From NCBI GenBank assembly GCA_964596735.1, contig CAZQVF010000007.1:5772-69771 (forward strand): a stretch of DNA of 64,000 nt. The letters are read 5' to 3'. The notes under the pieces were generated by a model. The model saw nothing but the letters and a program-made list of their open reading frames with translations. It was not told the DNA's origin and made no database searches. Position 1 is the first letter of the stretch. Every line of letters starts with the position of its first letter. The DNA is from an uncultured Gammaproteobacteria bacterium. Lineage in GTDB: Bacteria; Patescibacteriota; Patescibacteriia; UBA2591; UBA6264. The position numbers and the translations under genes were made by a program. Below, piece after piece: positions 48,885-58,589 of the stretch.

Positions 48885-50200
48885 GTTATTAAATTTATTT
48901 TTATTGGGGTGCCCTCAAAGGGCCATCTTTTTCTTAATTCTTTTTCAATGATATTTATCTGGGCTTGTCTAATTGCTTTTCTTCTAATAATATTTCTAGA
49001 AACCTGAAGTAAAAACCCAGGAGGCTTGATTCCAGCTTGTTTGATTTTTACCCTTTTCCAAATTTTTTCCTCAAATTCTCTTTCTACAATAATTTCTTTT
49101 AAGAGATTAGTCAAATCTTTTTGTTCAATCCAACGATTATAGTTTGTATTAACTTTTTGGATTAAAGGAAATATTTTTTCTACATTTACTCCAGTCTTGG
49201 CGGAGATTAGAATACGAGGAGCCCATTGAGCCAAGGGATTCCAGAGTTGATATGATTTTTTTAAATCACATTTATTAACAACAACAATCAACCCCTTGTC
49301 TTTTTTAATTATAAAGTTTAACAGGGCCTTGTCTTGATGACTGATATTTTCTGAAACATCAGTTAACATTAAAACAAGATCCGCTTTTTTAATTGTTTCA
49401 AAAGATTTTTGTACTCCAATTTTTTCAATACTTGATTTTATCTTTGCCCGCCGACGAATGCCAGCCGTATCAATTAACAGCAATGGTTTTCTTTGAAAAT
49501 AAATAAGAGTATCTTGAGGTCCGCGAGTAGTGTGAGGCAGAGGAGAGACAATTACTTTTTCTTCTCCCAACAAGGTATTTAAAAGAGTTGATTTACCAAC
49601 ATTGGGTTTGCCAATGATGGCAACCTTTAAAGGAATAATTTTTAATTCAGGTTTTTTAGATTTTGTTTTTGATGTTTTTTTAAAAAAATCTATTGTTTTA
49701 TCTAGTAAATCACCAACTCCGGTACCATTGGCCGCGGAAATAGGAGAGACCTCGCCAAGTCCTAATTTTAACCAGGCTTGATTCTGGGCCCACTTTCTTT
49801 TCTGAGGATTGTCAGCTTTATTTAAAACCAAGAAACATGGTTTTTTTGATTTTTTTATTAAACGACTAATCTCTCTTTCAAAATTAGAAATGGGTGGGCC
49901 AGAAGAAGAATCAGACAATGGCCGGATTTCAATAAGAAGAAAAACAAGATCGGCTTGGGCAAGGGCCTTGATAATATGTTTTTTAACTTCTTTTTCTATT
50001 TGATCTTGAGCTTTTTTTTCTTCAACTCCCCCTGTGTCAATAATCATAAAGTCTTGGTCTTGCCAATGACAAATTCCAAAATTACGATCCCGAGTAGTTC
50101 CAGGTATTTTAGAAACAATGGCCTTGGGCTTGCTAATTAAACGATTAAAAAATGTTGATTTACCAACATTAACTTGACCAAGTAAAACAATTTTTTTCAT
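48881..50200 (-). CDS. der: Ribosome-associated GTPase Der/EngA (tandem GTPase domains plus KH-like)
   Basis: Two G1 motifs GQVNVGKST and GKPNVGKST; DTGG/DTAG G3 motifs; NKCD/NKAD G4. Confidence 0.9.
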   Translation of the reverse strand: MKKIVLLGQVNVGKSTFFNRLISKPKAIVSKIPGTTRDRNFGICHWQDQDFMIIDTGGVEEKKAQDQIEKEVKKHIIKALAQADLVFLLIEIRPLSDSSSGPPISNFEREISRLIKKSKKPCFLVLNKADNPQKRKWAQNQAWLKLGLGEVSPISAANGTGVGDLLDKTIDFFKKTSKTKSKKPELKIIPLKVAIIGKPNVGKSTLLNTLLGEEKVIVSPLPHTTRGPQDTLIYFQRKPLLLIDTAGIRRRAKIKSSIEKIGVQKSFETIKKADLVLMLTDVSENISHQDKALLNFIIKKDKGLIVVVNKCDLKKSYQLWNPLAQWAPRILISAKTGVNVEKIFPLIQKVNTNYNRWIEQKDLTNLLKEIIVEREFEEKIWKRVKIKQAGIKPPGFLLQVSRNIIRRKAIRQAQINIIEKELRKRWPFEGTPIKINLIT

Positions 50201-50203
50201 TTG

Positions 50204-51649
50204 TTACTTACCTAAGATAATTAAAAAATCAGCTTGAGAGTCTTTAAATAAAAGTTTTAATCCTTCATTTAATTCTTGATCAACTTCTCCATTAAGTATT
50301 TTTTGTAATTTTTGTTTTTCTAATTGTTTTTCAGCAGAACTGATTTGATAAATTATATTTTTTTTATAATTTCTGCTTAAGGCATTTCCGATTTGGACAA
50401 CTTCAAAACCTTGTTCGGTTAATTCTTCTTTTATTTGTTTGGCCAGGCCAGTTATATAAGTACCATTTAAAACAACAAGCCTGGTTGTTTGATTTAACAC
50501 TTGTTCTAATGACACCTCCTCTTCTGTCGAACCAGTGGTTTTTTGCCCAAAAAGAGATAATTCAGTGGCATTTGATTTATCTAAAAGGTTTTCTGCTATC
50601 TTGGATAGCTCTTTAAAGTTTCCATTTTTTGTTTTTAATACAAAGGCTCCTTGTAGAGTAATTTCAGATTTTAATGGTCCATTAGGCTCAGTTTCAATGA
50701 CCTTAGTAACAATGTTTTCATAGTCAACCTCGGCGATTAATTTAGCTAATCTAATGCTTTGACTCAGGTCTAAGTTGGTACTCAGATTATCTTTTAACGC
50801 ATTATAAAAACCCCAAATTTTTCTAGGTTGAGAAATGATATCTTCCTTTTCAAATTTTTCTTTAATAGCATAAAGAATTTTTTGTTGACGCTTGGCCCGG
50901 GCAAAATCTGAATCTTCTCCATTGGTTCCGTGTCGAGAGCGGGCAAACTGAAGAGCTTTTTCTCCATTCATAGTTTGTGGTCCTTTTTCAAAACTAATAA
51001 CTCGGTATGAAAAATTTACTCCAGGAAATTGGTTGTCAACAAATCCTTGTTCTACCTCTATTTCAACCCCGCCTAATTCATCAATCATTTCTTTAAAAAG
51101 ATTAAAGTCTACTCTTACCCAATAGTGAATAGGTAAATCAAAAACATTACTAACCACTTTGCTGGTTAAAAGTCCGCCATCTTTTGATTCAGCCACTCCC
51201 AAAGCATTGGCTGAATTTATTTTTCGCCAACCATAATTTGGTATAGGGACATAAAGGTCGCGGGGAATAGACAAAAGACCAATTTGCTTGGTCGACGGTT
51301 TGATACTGGCTAAAATTATAGTGTCAGTTAAATATGGGCCTTCATGTTGAGCTCCGCCCATACCCAAGATTAAAATATTGGTCCGATCTAACAGCTCTCC
51401 TTTTAAAATTTTATCTTTACCGACCATTAAACGAGCTACTCCTTCCCAAAAAGACAAGCGACCTAAATTAGTGATTAAACTATTTTGAGAAAAGATAACA
51501 TTTGTAGAAAAGAAAATTGTTAAAGCAAGGAAAAAGACCAATGAACGAAAAACCCAACGACTTTGGTTTTGTTTCTTTATATTGGGATGGTCAATTACTA
51601 CCTTGGGAGGAGAAACACCATCGATTAAATTAATTTTTTGTTCGGGCAT
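50204..51649 (-). CDS. LytR-CpsA-Psr (LCP) family cell-envelope polymer transferase
   Basis: N-terminal TM, LCP core ...RTNILILGMGG...D...LSIPRD..., C-terminal LytR_C-like domain. Confidence 0.75.
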   Translation of the reverse strand: MPEQKINLIDGVSPPKVVIDHPNIKKQNQSRWVFRSLVFFLALTIFFSTNVIFSQNSLITNLGRLSFWEGVARLMVGKDKILKGELLDRTNILILGMGGAQHEGPYLTDTIILASIKPSTKQIGLLSIPRDLYVPIPNYGWRKINSANALGVAESKDGGLLTSKVVSNVFDLPIHYWVRVDFNLFKEMIDELGGVEIEVEQGFVDNQFPGVNFSYRVISFEKGPQTMNGEKALQFARSRHGTNGEDSDFARAKRQQKILYAIKEKFEKEDIISQPRKIWGFYNALKDNLSTNLDLSQSIRLAKLIAEVDYENIVTKVIETEPNGPLKSEITLQGAFVLKTKNGNFKELSKIAENLLDKSNATELSLFGQKTTGSTEEEVSLEQVLNQTTRLVVLNGTYITGLAKQIKEELTEQGFEVVQIGNALSRNYKKNIIYQISSAEKQLEKQKLQKILNGEVDQELNEGLKLLFKDSQADFLIILGK

Positions 51650-51828
51650 CTTATGTATTATAAGTAAAATTTAAAATTAAAGTGATTTAATTATAGCAAA
51701 AAACAATAGTTAGACAAGAAAGACAAGCGAATAAATATTTAAGGTTAAGGCTGTGGATAACTTTTTAAAAAATTTGTGTTATACTAAAACTAGATTTTAA
51801 TTATTAATTATAAATAAGTCAGTAGTTT

Positions 51829-52308
51829 ATGAAAAACAAAAAAGGCTTTACATTAATTGAGCTTTTGGTTGTGGTCGCCATTATGGGACTGTTGGCTGCT
51901 CTAGCTGTGATTGCCCTTAATACTGCTCGAGCCAGAGCCAGAGACGCTCGTCGAGTTTCTGACATTAAACAGATTCAAACCGCCTTGGAGTTGTTTTATA
52001 TGGATCTTTATAAATATCCAGCTGATCCAACCGACAATCTTATTGAAGACGAATGTTTAGATGAAGATGGTTTTACAGAGTCAGCAGATTGTGACGCTGG
52101 TGGAACAACTTATATGGGATCAATACCAGAAAATCCTCAGCCGAGAACAGATGGCTCTTGTGCCGACACCGTATACACTTATAATGCAACAGACGTTGGG
52201 TCAGGTACAGACTTGAGTTACTACATTATTTACTGTTTAGGTAGTGCGACAGGTGACATTGAGGCAGGGGCTCATTATGCGACACCAGCTGGCATTGCAG
52301 ATCCGTAA
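51829..52308 (+). CDS. Type IV pilin / pseudopilin (prepilin N-methylation domain)
   Basis: KG|FTLIELLVVVAIMGLLAAL class III signal; Asp/Thr/Ser/Gly-rich C-terminal domain with a Cys pair. Confidence 0.75.
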   Translation: MKNKKGFTLIELLVVVAIMGLLAALAVIALNTARARARDARRVSDIKQIQTALELFYMDLYKYPADPTDNLIEDECLDEDGFTESADCDAGGTTYMGSIPENPQPRTDGSCADTVYTYNATDVGSGTDLSYYIIYCLGSATGDIEAGAHYATPAGIADP

Positions 52309-52335
52309 ACCTTAGTTGAAACTATTTAAATATTT

Positions 52336-52370
52336 AAAAATCCGTATCTAGCGGTACGGATTTTTATTTT
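52336..52370 (+). terminator. Rho-independent terminator after the pilin gene
   Basis: AAAAATCCGTA-tctagcgg-TACGGATTTTT. Confidence 0.65.
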
Positions 52371-52425
52371 ACATTTATTTAAAATTCAGCTTAAATTAGT
52401 TGGATTTTTTTTATAATTTTGTTAA

Positions 52426-52498
52426 AATTAAATTACCTTAATTTCTATACAATAAATATTTAATTTCAAGGTTCTGGCGAAGCCAGGTTCTTATTATT
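52426..52498. repeat. Copy C of the conserved intergenic motif
   Basis: AAATTAAATTACCTTAATTTCTATACAATAAATATTTAATTTCAAG-GTTCTGGCGAAGCCAG-GTTCTTATTAT, ending 7 nt before the ATG at 52505. Confidence 0.7.
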
Positions 52499-52504
52499 TA
52501 AATA

Positions 52505-53941
52505 ATGACTAATAAACATTTGAAAGCATTTGATTATATTATCGAGATTGGCTGGCTCCTTATCTTTGCTTGCTCGCCAGTATTTTTTGCTCCATTTGTT
52601 CATGGGACCTGGCAAATTGGCGAGAGCTTTTTATTTCAGGTTTTAGTAGAAATTTTGTGTTTTGTTTGGTTGTTAAAACTAGTCATTAATTGGCAGAAAT
52701 TTAGTCTTAAAAAATTAAAGGAAATACTTTTAAAATTCAAACCTGTTTTACCGGCCCTTATATTTATTTTTATTCTTGGTTTAGCGACAATTTTTTCTCA
52801 GTCATCTCATTATAGTTTCTGGGGTTATTATACTCGTAAAATGGGGTATTTAATTTGGCTCCATTTTTTTATTTTCTTTTTAATTCTTTTTTTCAATCTT
52901 AAAAATCGAAAACAAATTGCTCGCATTTTTTACATTATTGTCTTAACCACTGGTTTAGTTGTTCTTTATGGTTTTTTACAAGTACTTGGATTTGATTTTT
53001 TTAATTGGAGTGAACCGCCTTCATTGGGGCATCGCGTTTTTTCTACTCTGGGGCAGCCTAATTTTTTAGCCTCTTGGCTTTTATTGGTTTTTCCTGTTAT
53101 TTTTTGGATTATTTTCCGTTATTCTTCTCAAGACCATTTAAAGGCCCCTCTTTTTTCAACTTTTAAAAAAGAAAAAAAAGAGCATTTAGATAAAACAATA
53201 AATACGTCTTTTTTAAAAAAGATTTTTTTTCGTCCTATTTTTGTCTGCTTATCTTTGTTGACGGTGATTATTCTTGTTTTGACGCAGAGTCGAGCCAGTT
53301 GGATTGGCTTTTTCTTGGCCCTTTTCTTTTTTATTATTATTTTTTCCTGGCAGAAAAATCAAAAACGTTTAGCAATATTATTATTTGTTTTTTTAGTTTT
53401 GTTTTCTGTTTTTATTGTGGCTCTTAATATTTCCCCATTGCAGATTAAAGCGACAGATCATCCCTTGATGATAAGATTTAAAACATTGAGTCATTTAGCA
53501 GAAGCCGGTCGATTAAGATTTATTTGGTGGCAAAATAGTTTAGATTTAATTGGACAAAAACCAATTTTTAGTTTGGGATTTGGACCAGAAACGCAACATT
53601 TAAATTTTCCTCAATATTATGAACCAGAATACGCTGCTTTGGAGGGAATTAATAAAATTCCAGACCGAGCCCATAATGACATTTTAGACATGACTCTAAT
53701 GTCTGGCCGCTTAGGATTAATGAGTTACATGTTTTTAATTCTTTTAGTCTTTTTCTCTGGATTAAAATATATTTTTCAAGGAAAAAATCATTCTTCTTTT
53801 ATGATTTTAATTTTATTAACTGGACTATTTGGTTATTTAATTTCTCTCCAGTTTTCTTTTCATGTCATCCCTACCGCCATTTATTTTTGGGGCTATCTAG
53901 CCATATGTTTAAATATTTTAACGCATGCTCAACAGAATTAG
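52505..53941 (+). CDS. Wzy_C-domain membrane protein (O-antigen ligase-like; candidate protein O-oligosaccharyltransferase)
   Basis: 478 aa polytopic; large periplasmic loop with ...IPDRAHNDILDM... (Wzy_C-like H/R motif); directly downstream of the pilin gene. Confidence 0.55.
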   Translation: MTNKHLKAFDYIIEIGWLLIFACSPVFFAPFVHGTWQIGESFLFQVLVEILCFVWLLKLVINWQKFSLKKLKEILLKFKPVLPALIFIFILGLATIFSQSSHYSFWGYYTRKMGYLIWLHFFIFFLILFFNLKNRKQIARIFYIIVLTTGLVVLYGFLQVLGFDFFNWSEPPSLGHRVFSTLGQPNFLASWLLLVFPVIFWIIFRYSSQDHLKAPLFSTFKKEKKEHLDKTINTSFLKKIFFRPIFVCLSLLTVIILVLTQSRASWIGFFLALFFFIIIFSWQKNQKRLAILLFVFLVLFSVFIVALNISPLQIKATDHPLMIRFKTLSHLAEAGRLRFIWWQNSLDLIGQKPIFSLGFGPETQHLNFPQYYEPEYAALEGINKIPDRAHNDILDMTLMSGRLGLMSYMFLILLVFFSGLKYIFQGKNHSSFMILILLTGLFGYLISLQFSFHVIPTAIYFWGYLAICLNILTHAQQN

Positions 53942-54878
53942 TAAAATTGTTCTTATTGGCTGTTTTTTTATTCTCCTTATTTTTAGTCTTTGGCATTTTA
54001 ATGTCAGGATTTTTTTAGCTGACTATTATTACCAGCGAGTTCTTTTAACTGATCAATGGCCTGAGATTTTAGATTTTTATAAAAAGGTTTTTTACTTACA
54101 TCCCGGAGAACCTTTTTATCATCAGAAGTTTGCTGTTGATTTAAAATGGGGATTGCAGTTTTATCAGGATAAGGAATTTAAAATACAGATTCTTGATTTA
54201 GCCGTTGATCAAATGCAGAGAATTAAAGAAAAAGACAGGTCTTTTGGCACTAAAATTTATTTAGCCCGCTTAACCGCATTAAAAGCAGAAGCCACTCAAA
54301 AACAAGAAGATTTTTTAATAGCCGAGCAAATGATTGAAAAAGCAAGTCAGATGTCTCCCAAGGTAGCTCGAGTTTATAATGAGTGGTGTCAATTAAAAAT
54401 ATATGAGAAGAATTGGGAACAAGCCAGAGAAATGTGTCAAAAAGCTTTTTATTTGTATCCGCCAATCGATCATCCTCAAATGAATCAGAGTCATCGTAAT
54501 TTAGTAGTGGCTGAAATGTCAGAGGTTTATGAAAAATTAGGAGAAATTTATTTGGCTTTGGAAAATTATGAAAAAGCAGAATCAATGTATAGACAGATTT
54601 TAAAGTTCTATCCCTTAACCCGAGTTGATCTTTGGAAAAAATTAGGCGATATATATTATTTACAAAATGATTTAGACACGGCCATTGCCAGAAATTTTCA
54701 TGGCCACACGCTTAAACCAGGTGATTCATTTTGGTCATTAACCTTGGGTCTTTTATATCAAGAAAAGGGTGATTTAGAAAAGGCCTATTCTTGGGGAGAG
54801 AATGCCTTAAGGTTAGATCCTGAAGACAGGAGAATAAAAAGCTTTTTAACAAGTTTAAACAAAAACAAAAATGAATAA
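53925..54878 (+). CDS. TPR-repeat protein with N-terminal TM anchor
   Basis: Multiple 34-aa TPR-like repeats (W/Y/L-x2-A-x3-Y pattern); overlaps the upstream stop. Confidence 0.6.
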   Translation: MLNRISKIVLIGCFFILLIFSLWHFNVRIFLADYYYQRVLLTDQWPEILDFYKKVFYLHPGEPFYHQKFAVDLKWGLQFYQDKEFKIQILDLAVDQMQRIKEKDRSFGTKIYLARLTALKAEATQKQEDFLIAEQMIEKASQMSPKVARVYNEWCQLKIYEKNWEQAREMCQKAFYLYPPIDHPQMNQSHRNLVVAEMSEVYEKLGEIYLALENYEKAESMYRQILKFYPLTRVDLWKKLGDIYYLQNDLDTAIARNFHGHTLKPGDSFWSLTLGLLYQEKGDLEKAYSWGENALRLDPEDRRIKSFLTSLNKNKNE

Positions 54879-55566
54879 AGAAACACAAAGACTGCAAAAG
54901 GTTTATGCTCAAAAATATAAGATAGATTGGGACAATTCAAATTGTCCGGGCCACCCCTTGACGCCGCTTTCTTTTTATTATCACCAAGCCCGGGAACATC
55001 ATTTAACAAAGTTGTTTAAAAGACATAAATTAAAGCTGAGTCAGATAAAAATTCTAGACATGGGCTGTGGTTACGGCCATGTTTTGCGCTGGCTAATACA
55101 GGTCGGGGCCTTGCCTGAGAATTGTTCAGGCATTGATTTAATTGATTACAGAATTAAAAAAGCCAAGCTGTTAAACCCAAACATAGATTATTTAATTGAA
55201 GGTGCAGAATCATTGTCATCTGCTGACAAAAGTTTTGACCTGGTTTGTTGTTTTACTCTTTTCTCGTCAATTTTAGACAAGGCAATGCAGGAAAAAATTG
55301 TCCGAGAGATAAACAGAATTTTAAAGCCAGGTGGATACATTCTCTGGTATGACATGTTTCGCAAATACCCTAGAAATGCAGATTTGGCTGGCATTAATAA
55401 AAAATATCTAAAAAAATTATTTTCTAATTTTCAGTTTATTGATTTAAAAAAAGTTCATTTTCGTTATGCCCACCGTTTAGTAAAAAGAATTTTATTGTTT
55501 AATTTATTTTTGGAATATTTGCCAATTAAAAGTCATTATTTAGGATTATTTAAAAAAAATGATTAG
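54871..55566 (+). CDS. Class I SAM-dependent methyltransferase
   Basis: Motif I ILDMGCGYGHVLRWL; LKPGGYILW post-I. Confidence 0.7.
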   Translation: MNKETQRLQKVYAQKYKIDWDNSNCPGHPLTPLSFYYHQAREHHLTKLFKRHKLKLSQIKILDMGCGYGHVLRWLIQVGALPENCSGIDLIDYRIKKAKLLNPNIDYLIEGAESLSSADKSFDLVCCFTLFSSILDKAMQEKIVREINRILKPGGYILWYDMFRKYPRNADLAGINKKYLKKLFSNFQFIDLKKVHFRYAHRLVKRILLFNLFLEYLPIKSHYLGLFKKND

Positions 55567-56296
55567 AAAATTACTTCTATATTTAGAAAGATATGTTCCC
55601 GAAGAAAGATATGTTCCTGATAAGTCTTTAGAAGACATCCCAGGGATTCATTCTTCCCGGTCTGATTTTGTTTGTGCTTATGCCAAAGACAAGGTCGTTT
55701 TAGACGTAGCCAGCGGAGACGGTTATGTGGCATATGAGTTGGCAAAAAACGCAGGAGCAAAAAAAGTAATTGGTTTAGATAACTTTAAACAAGCAATTGA
55801 ATTGGCCAAGAAAAAGTATCAACATCCTTGTTTAGAATTTCAATTAGGTCGGGCAGAAAAAATGTCTTTTTCAAACAACTATTTTGATTTAATTGTTTCC
55901 CTTGAAACAATAGAACATGTAAAAGATTATCATATGTTTTTACAAGAAGTTAAGAGAACATTAAAACCAGATGGAATTTTTATTGTTTCTACGCCAAACA
56001 AAAGAGCTACTCTTCGCGGAGCCATGCTCAAAAAACCTTTAAATCCTTATCACTTAATTGAATTTACAAAAAAGAAATTAGAGAAATCATTAAAAAAATG
56101 TTTTGATTCTTTAGAATGGTATGGTCAGTTAATAATTCCCAAGAAAGATTTTAAATATTTTTTAAGAAAAATATTTGGCCAGGTAAAAAAAATAGTTTTT
56201 ACAAAAAAAGACATTAAAATAGTGTCTTATCCTAAAGACAAAAGAAAAGATGTTTGTAATTTTTTTGTTGTTTGTTCTCAAGTAATTAAGAAATAA
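55559..56296 (+). CDS. Class I SAM-dependent methyltransferase
   Basis: Motif I VLDVASGDGYVAYELA; LKPDGIFIVSTPN. Confidence 0.7.
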   Translation: MIRKLLLYLERYVPEERYVPDKSLEDIPGIHSSRSDFVCAYAKDKVVLDVASGDGYVAYELAKNAGAKKVIGLDNFKQAIELAKKKYQHPCLEFQLGRAEKMSFSNNYFDLIVSLETIEHVKDYHMFLQEVKRTLKPDGIFIVSTPNKRATLRGAMLKKPLNPYHLIEFTKKKLEKSLKKCFDSLEWYGQLIIPKKDFKYFLRKIFGQVKKIVFTKKDIKIVSYPKDKRKDVCNFFVVCSQVIKK

Positions 56297-56299
56297 CAT

Positions 56300-57787
56300 A
56301 TGAATATTCTTCTAACCAACTCTCCCGCCCCTGTGTTTTCTCCCTTTAGCACTGATGAAAAAAGGCCGCCCCTGGGGTTGGGTTTTTTAATTTCTGTTTT
56401 AAAAAAGGCCGGACATAATGTTTTTTTTATTGATAATTATCTAGATCCAAGTGATTTTTTAAAAACAGATTATTTAAATAAAAATAAAATAGATTATATT
56501 GGTTTTTACATAAACACGGTTTGTTTAAATGAATCTTTGGAAATGTTAAACCAGATTCAAGAATTAAGAGAAAAAAGAAAATGGTCTGGAAAAATCATTG
56601 TCGGCGGGCCTCACACATCTGTTGAATTGAAGACCATTCCTGATTTTGTTGATTACATTGTCCAGGGAGAGGGCGAACAGGCTATCTTGGATATTTTATT
56701 AGATAATAAAACAGAGAGAATTGTTAAACAAGGGCGTTGCCAAAAATTAGACAGCCTGCCTTTTCCGGCTTGGGATTATTTTGTTAATCTGCCTTATGAT
56801 TTTACAGTTGAATGGTTTAATCAGGTGCCGGTTTTTACCATGAATACCAGTCGGGGATGTCCTTTTAACTGCGCCTTTTGTTCTGTTTCTTCAATCTGGG
56901 GAGTAAAGTATTTTGGTTTTAATGCTGAAAGAATTGTCAAGGAAATTGAATATTTAATAAAAAATTATCAAGCCCAGGGAATATATTTTCGCGAGGATAA
57001 TTTTACAGTTGATAAATCAAGAGTAAAAAAGATTTGCCTGTTGTTATTAGATAAAAAAATAAACATTAAATGGGCTTGTGAAACAAGGGTTGATACCTTA
57101 GACAAAGAATTAATTAAATTAATGAAAAAAGCTGGTTGTCAGGGTTTTTACATTGGCGTAGAAAGCGGGAGCCAAAGAATGTTGGATTTTTTAGAGAAAA
57201 AGACTAATTTAAAACAAATTGAAAAAGTTTTTCAATGGGCCAGAGAGGTTGATGTTAAAACTTATGCTAGTTTTATGGTTGGCTTGCCCACAGAAACTTC
57301 AGAGGAATTGCAACAAACCCTGGATTTTAGTCAAAAGATTAAACCAGACAGCACTGGTTTTAATATCTTTGTCGGCATCCCAGAAAGCAAATTATATCAC
57401 TATGTCATAGACAATAACCTATATGAATACATTGACAAAAGAGGTTTGGTTTACTTAAAGGGTCATGACAAATTAGTGGACAGGTTTTATCATGGAGATA
57501 TCAGAACCAAAATACCCAAGAGAGAACCAACAAACAAGGAAAAGAAAATATATTTTGCCAATCTTTATTTAAAACAAGGCATGAATTATTTAATGCAAAA
57601 AAAGCATTTAACGGGTTTTAAAAGATTTTTTAAAGCCATGAAATATAATGCCGGGGACATGAGAATATATCCGGCTATGGTTTTATGCTTGTTTCCTTTT
57701 AAATTGGCTCAGAATTTAAAATATTGGCGGCAGAGAATTAAGATTAAATCTTCTCAAAACAAGAAACTAAAAAGTAAAAATGAGTGA
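56300..57787 (+). CDS. B12-binding-domain radical SAM enzyme
   Basis: N-terminal cobalamin-binding-like domain; CPFNCAFCSV (CxxxCxxC) radical SAM cluster motif. Confidence 0.8.
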   Translation: MNILLTNSPAPVFSPFSTDEKRPPLGLGFLISVLKKAGHNVFFIDNYLDPSDFLKTDYLNKNKIDYIGFYINTVCLNESLEMLNQIQELREKRKWSGKIIVGGPHTSVELKTIPDFVDYIVQGEGEQAILDILLDNKTERIVKQGRCQKLDSLPFPAWDYFVNLPYDFTVEWFNQVPVFTMNTSRGCPFNCAFCSVSSIWGVKYFGFNAERIVKEIEYLIKNYQAQGIYFREDNFTVDKSRVKKICLLLLDKKINIKWACETRVDTLDKELIKLMKKAGCQGFYIGVESGSQRMLDFLEKKTNLKQIEKVFQWAREVDVKTYASFMVGLPTETSEELQQTLDFSQKIKPDSTGFNIFVGIPESKLYHYVIDNNLYEYIDKRGLVYLKGHDKLVDRFYHGDIRTKIPKREPTNKEKKIYFANLYLKQGMNYLMQKKHLTGFKRFFKAMKYNAGDMRIYPAMVLCLFPFKLAQNLKYWRQRIKIKSSQNKKLKSKNE

Positions 57788-58589
57788 TAAAAATCCAAAA
57801 GTTAGTGTTATTATGCCTGTTTATAATCAGGAAAAGTTTTTAAAACAAAGCATTGATAGTATTTTAAATCAAACCTTTAAAGATTTTGAATTAATTATTA
57901 TTAATGATGGCTCAACAGATAAAACAAAAGATATTTTAAATAAATATGCTCAAAAAGATTTACGAATCAGGGTTTTTTTTCAAGAAAATCAGGGCTGTAC
58001 AAAGTCTTTAAATTATGGAATTAAACAAGCCAAGGGAGAATATATTGCCCGCCAAGACGCTGATGATATTTCTTTGCCCAAGCGCTTGGAAAAGCAAGTG
58101 GACTTTTTAAATAAAAATAAAAACATTGGATTGGTTGGTAGTTTTGCTCAGGTTATTGATGAACAGGGAAATAAAAAGCAAAAGATTCTTGGTCAATATA
58201 CTGGGAACAGGGATTTAAAAAAGCATTCTTTTTGGTCAGATAAATTCTGCCACTCAACAATTATGATAAGAAAGGAATTATTAGATAAAATTAATGGATA
58301 TGACGAGCATTTTGTTTGTTCCCAAGACACAGACCTTTATTTCCGCTTAATGCCTTATACGCAGTTTGCTAATTTAAAAGAGGTTTTTTTACTGTACCGC
58401 GAACACAAAGATTCTCTTAGTAAAACTAAAAAGAAAAAACAAGAAAAATTTGCTCAAGAAGCAAGAAAAAGAGCGATTAAATCTGGTCTTTATCCTAAAT
58501 ATTATTTGTTGTTTCTGTTGTTTATTCCGATTTTACCTATTTGGTTGAAAAAAGTTTTAAAAAAGATTTTTAAATTTTTGATTAAATGA
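57780..58589 (+). CDS. Family 2 glycosyltransferase
   Basis: VSVIMPVYNQEKFLKQSIDSILNQT, DxD-like QDADD; C-terminal TM. Confidence 0.8.
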   Translation: MSDKNPKVSVIMPVYNQEKFLKQSIDSILNQTFKDFELIIINDGSTDKTKDILNKYAQKDLRIRVFFQENQGCTKSLNYGIKQAKGEYIARQDADDISLPKRLEKQVDFLNKNKNIGLVGSFAQVIDEQGNKKQKILGQYTGNRDLKKHSFWSDKFCHSTIMIRKELLDKINGYDEHFVCSQDTDLYFRLMPYTQFANLKEVFLLYREHKDSLSKTKKKKQEKFAQEARKRAIKSGLYPKYYLLFLLFIPILPIWLKKVLKKIFKFLIK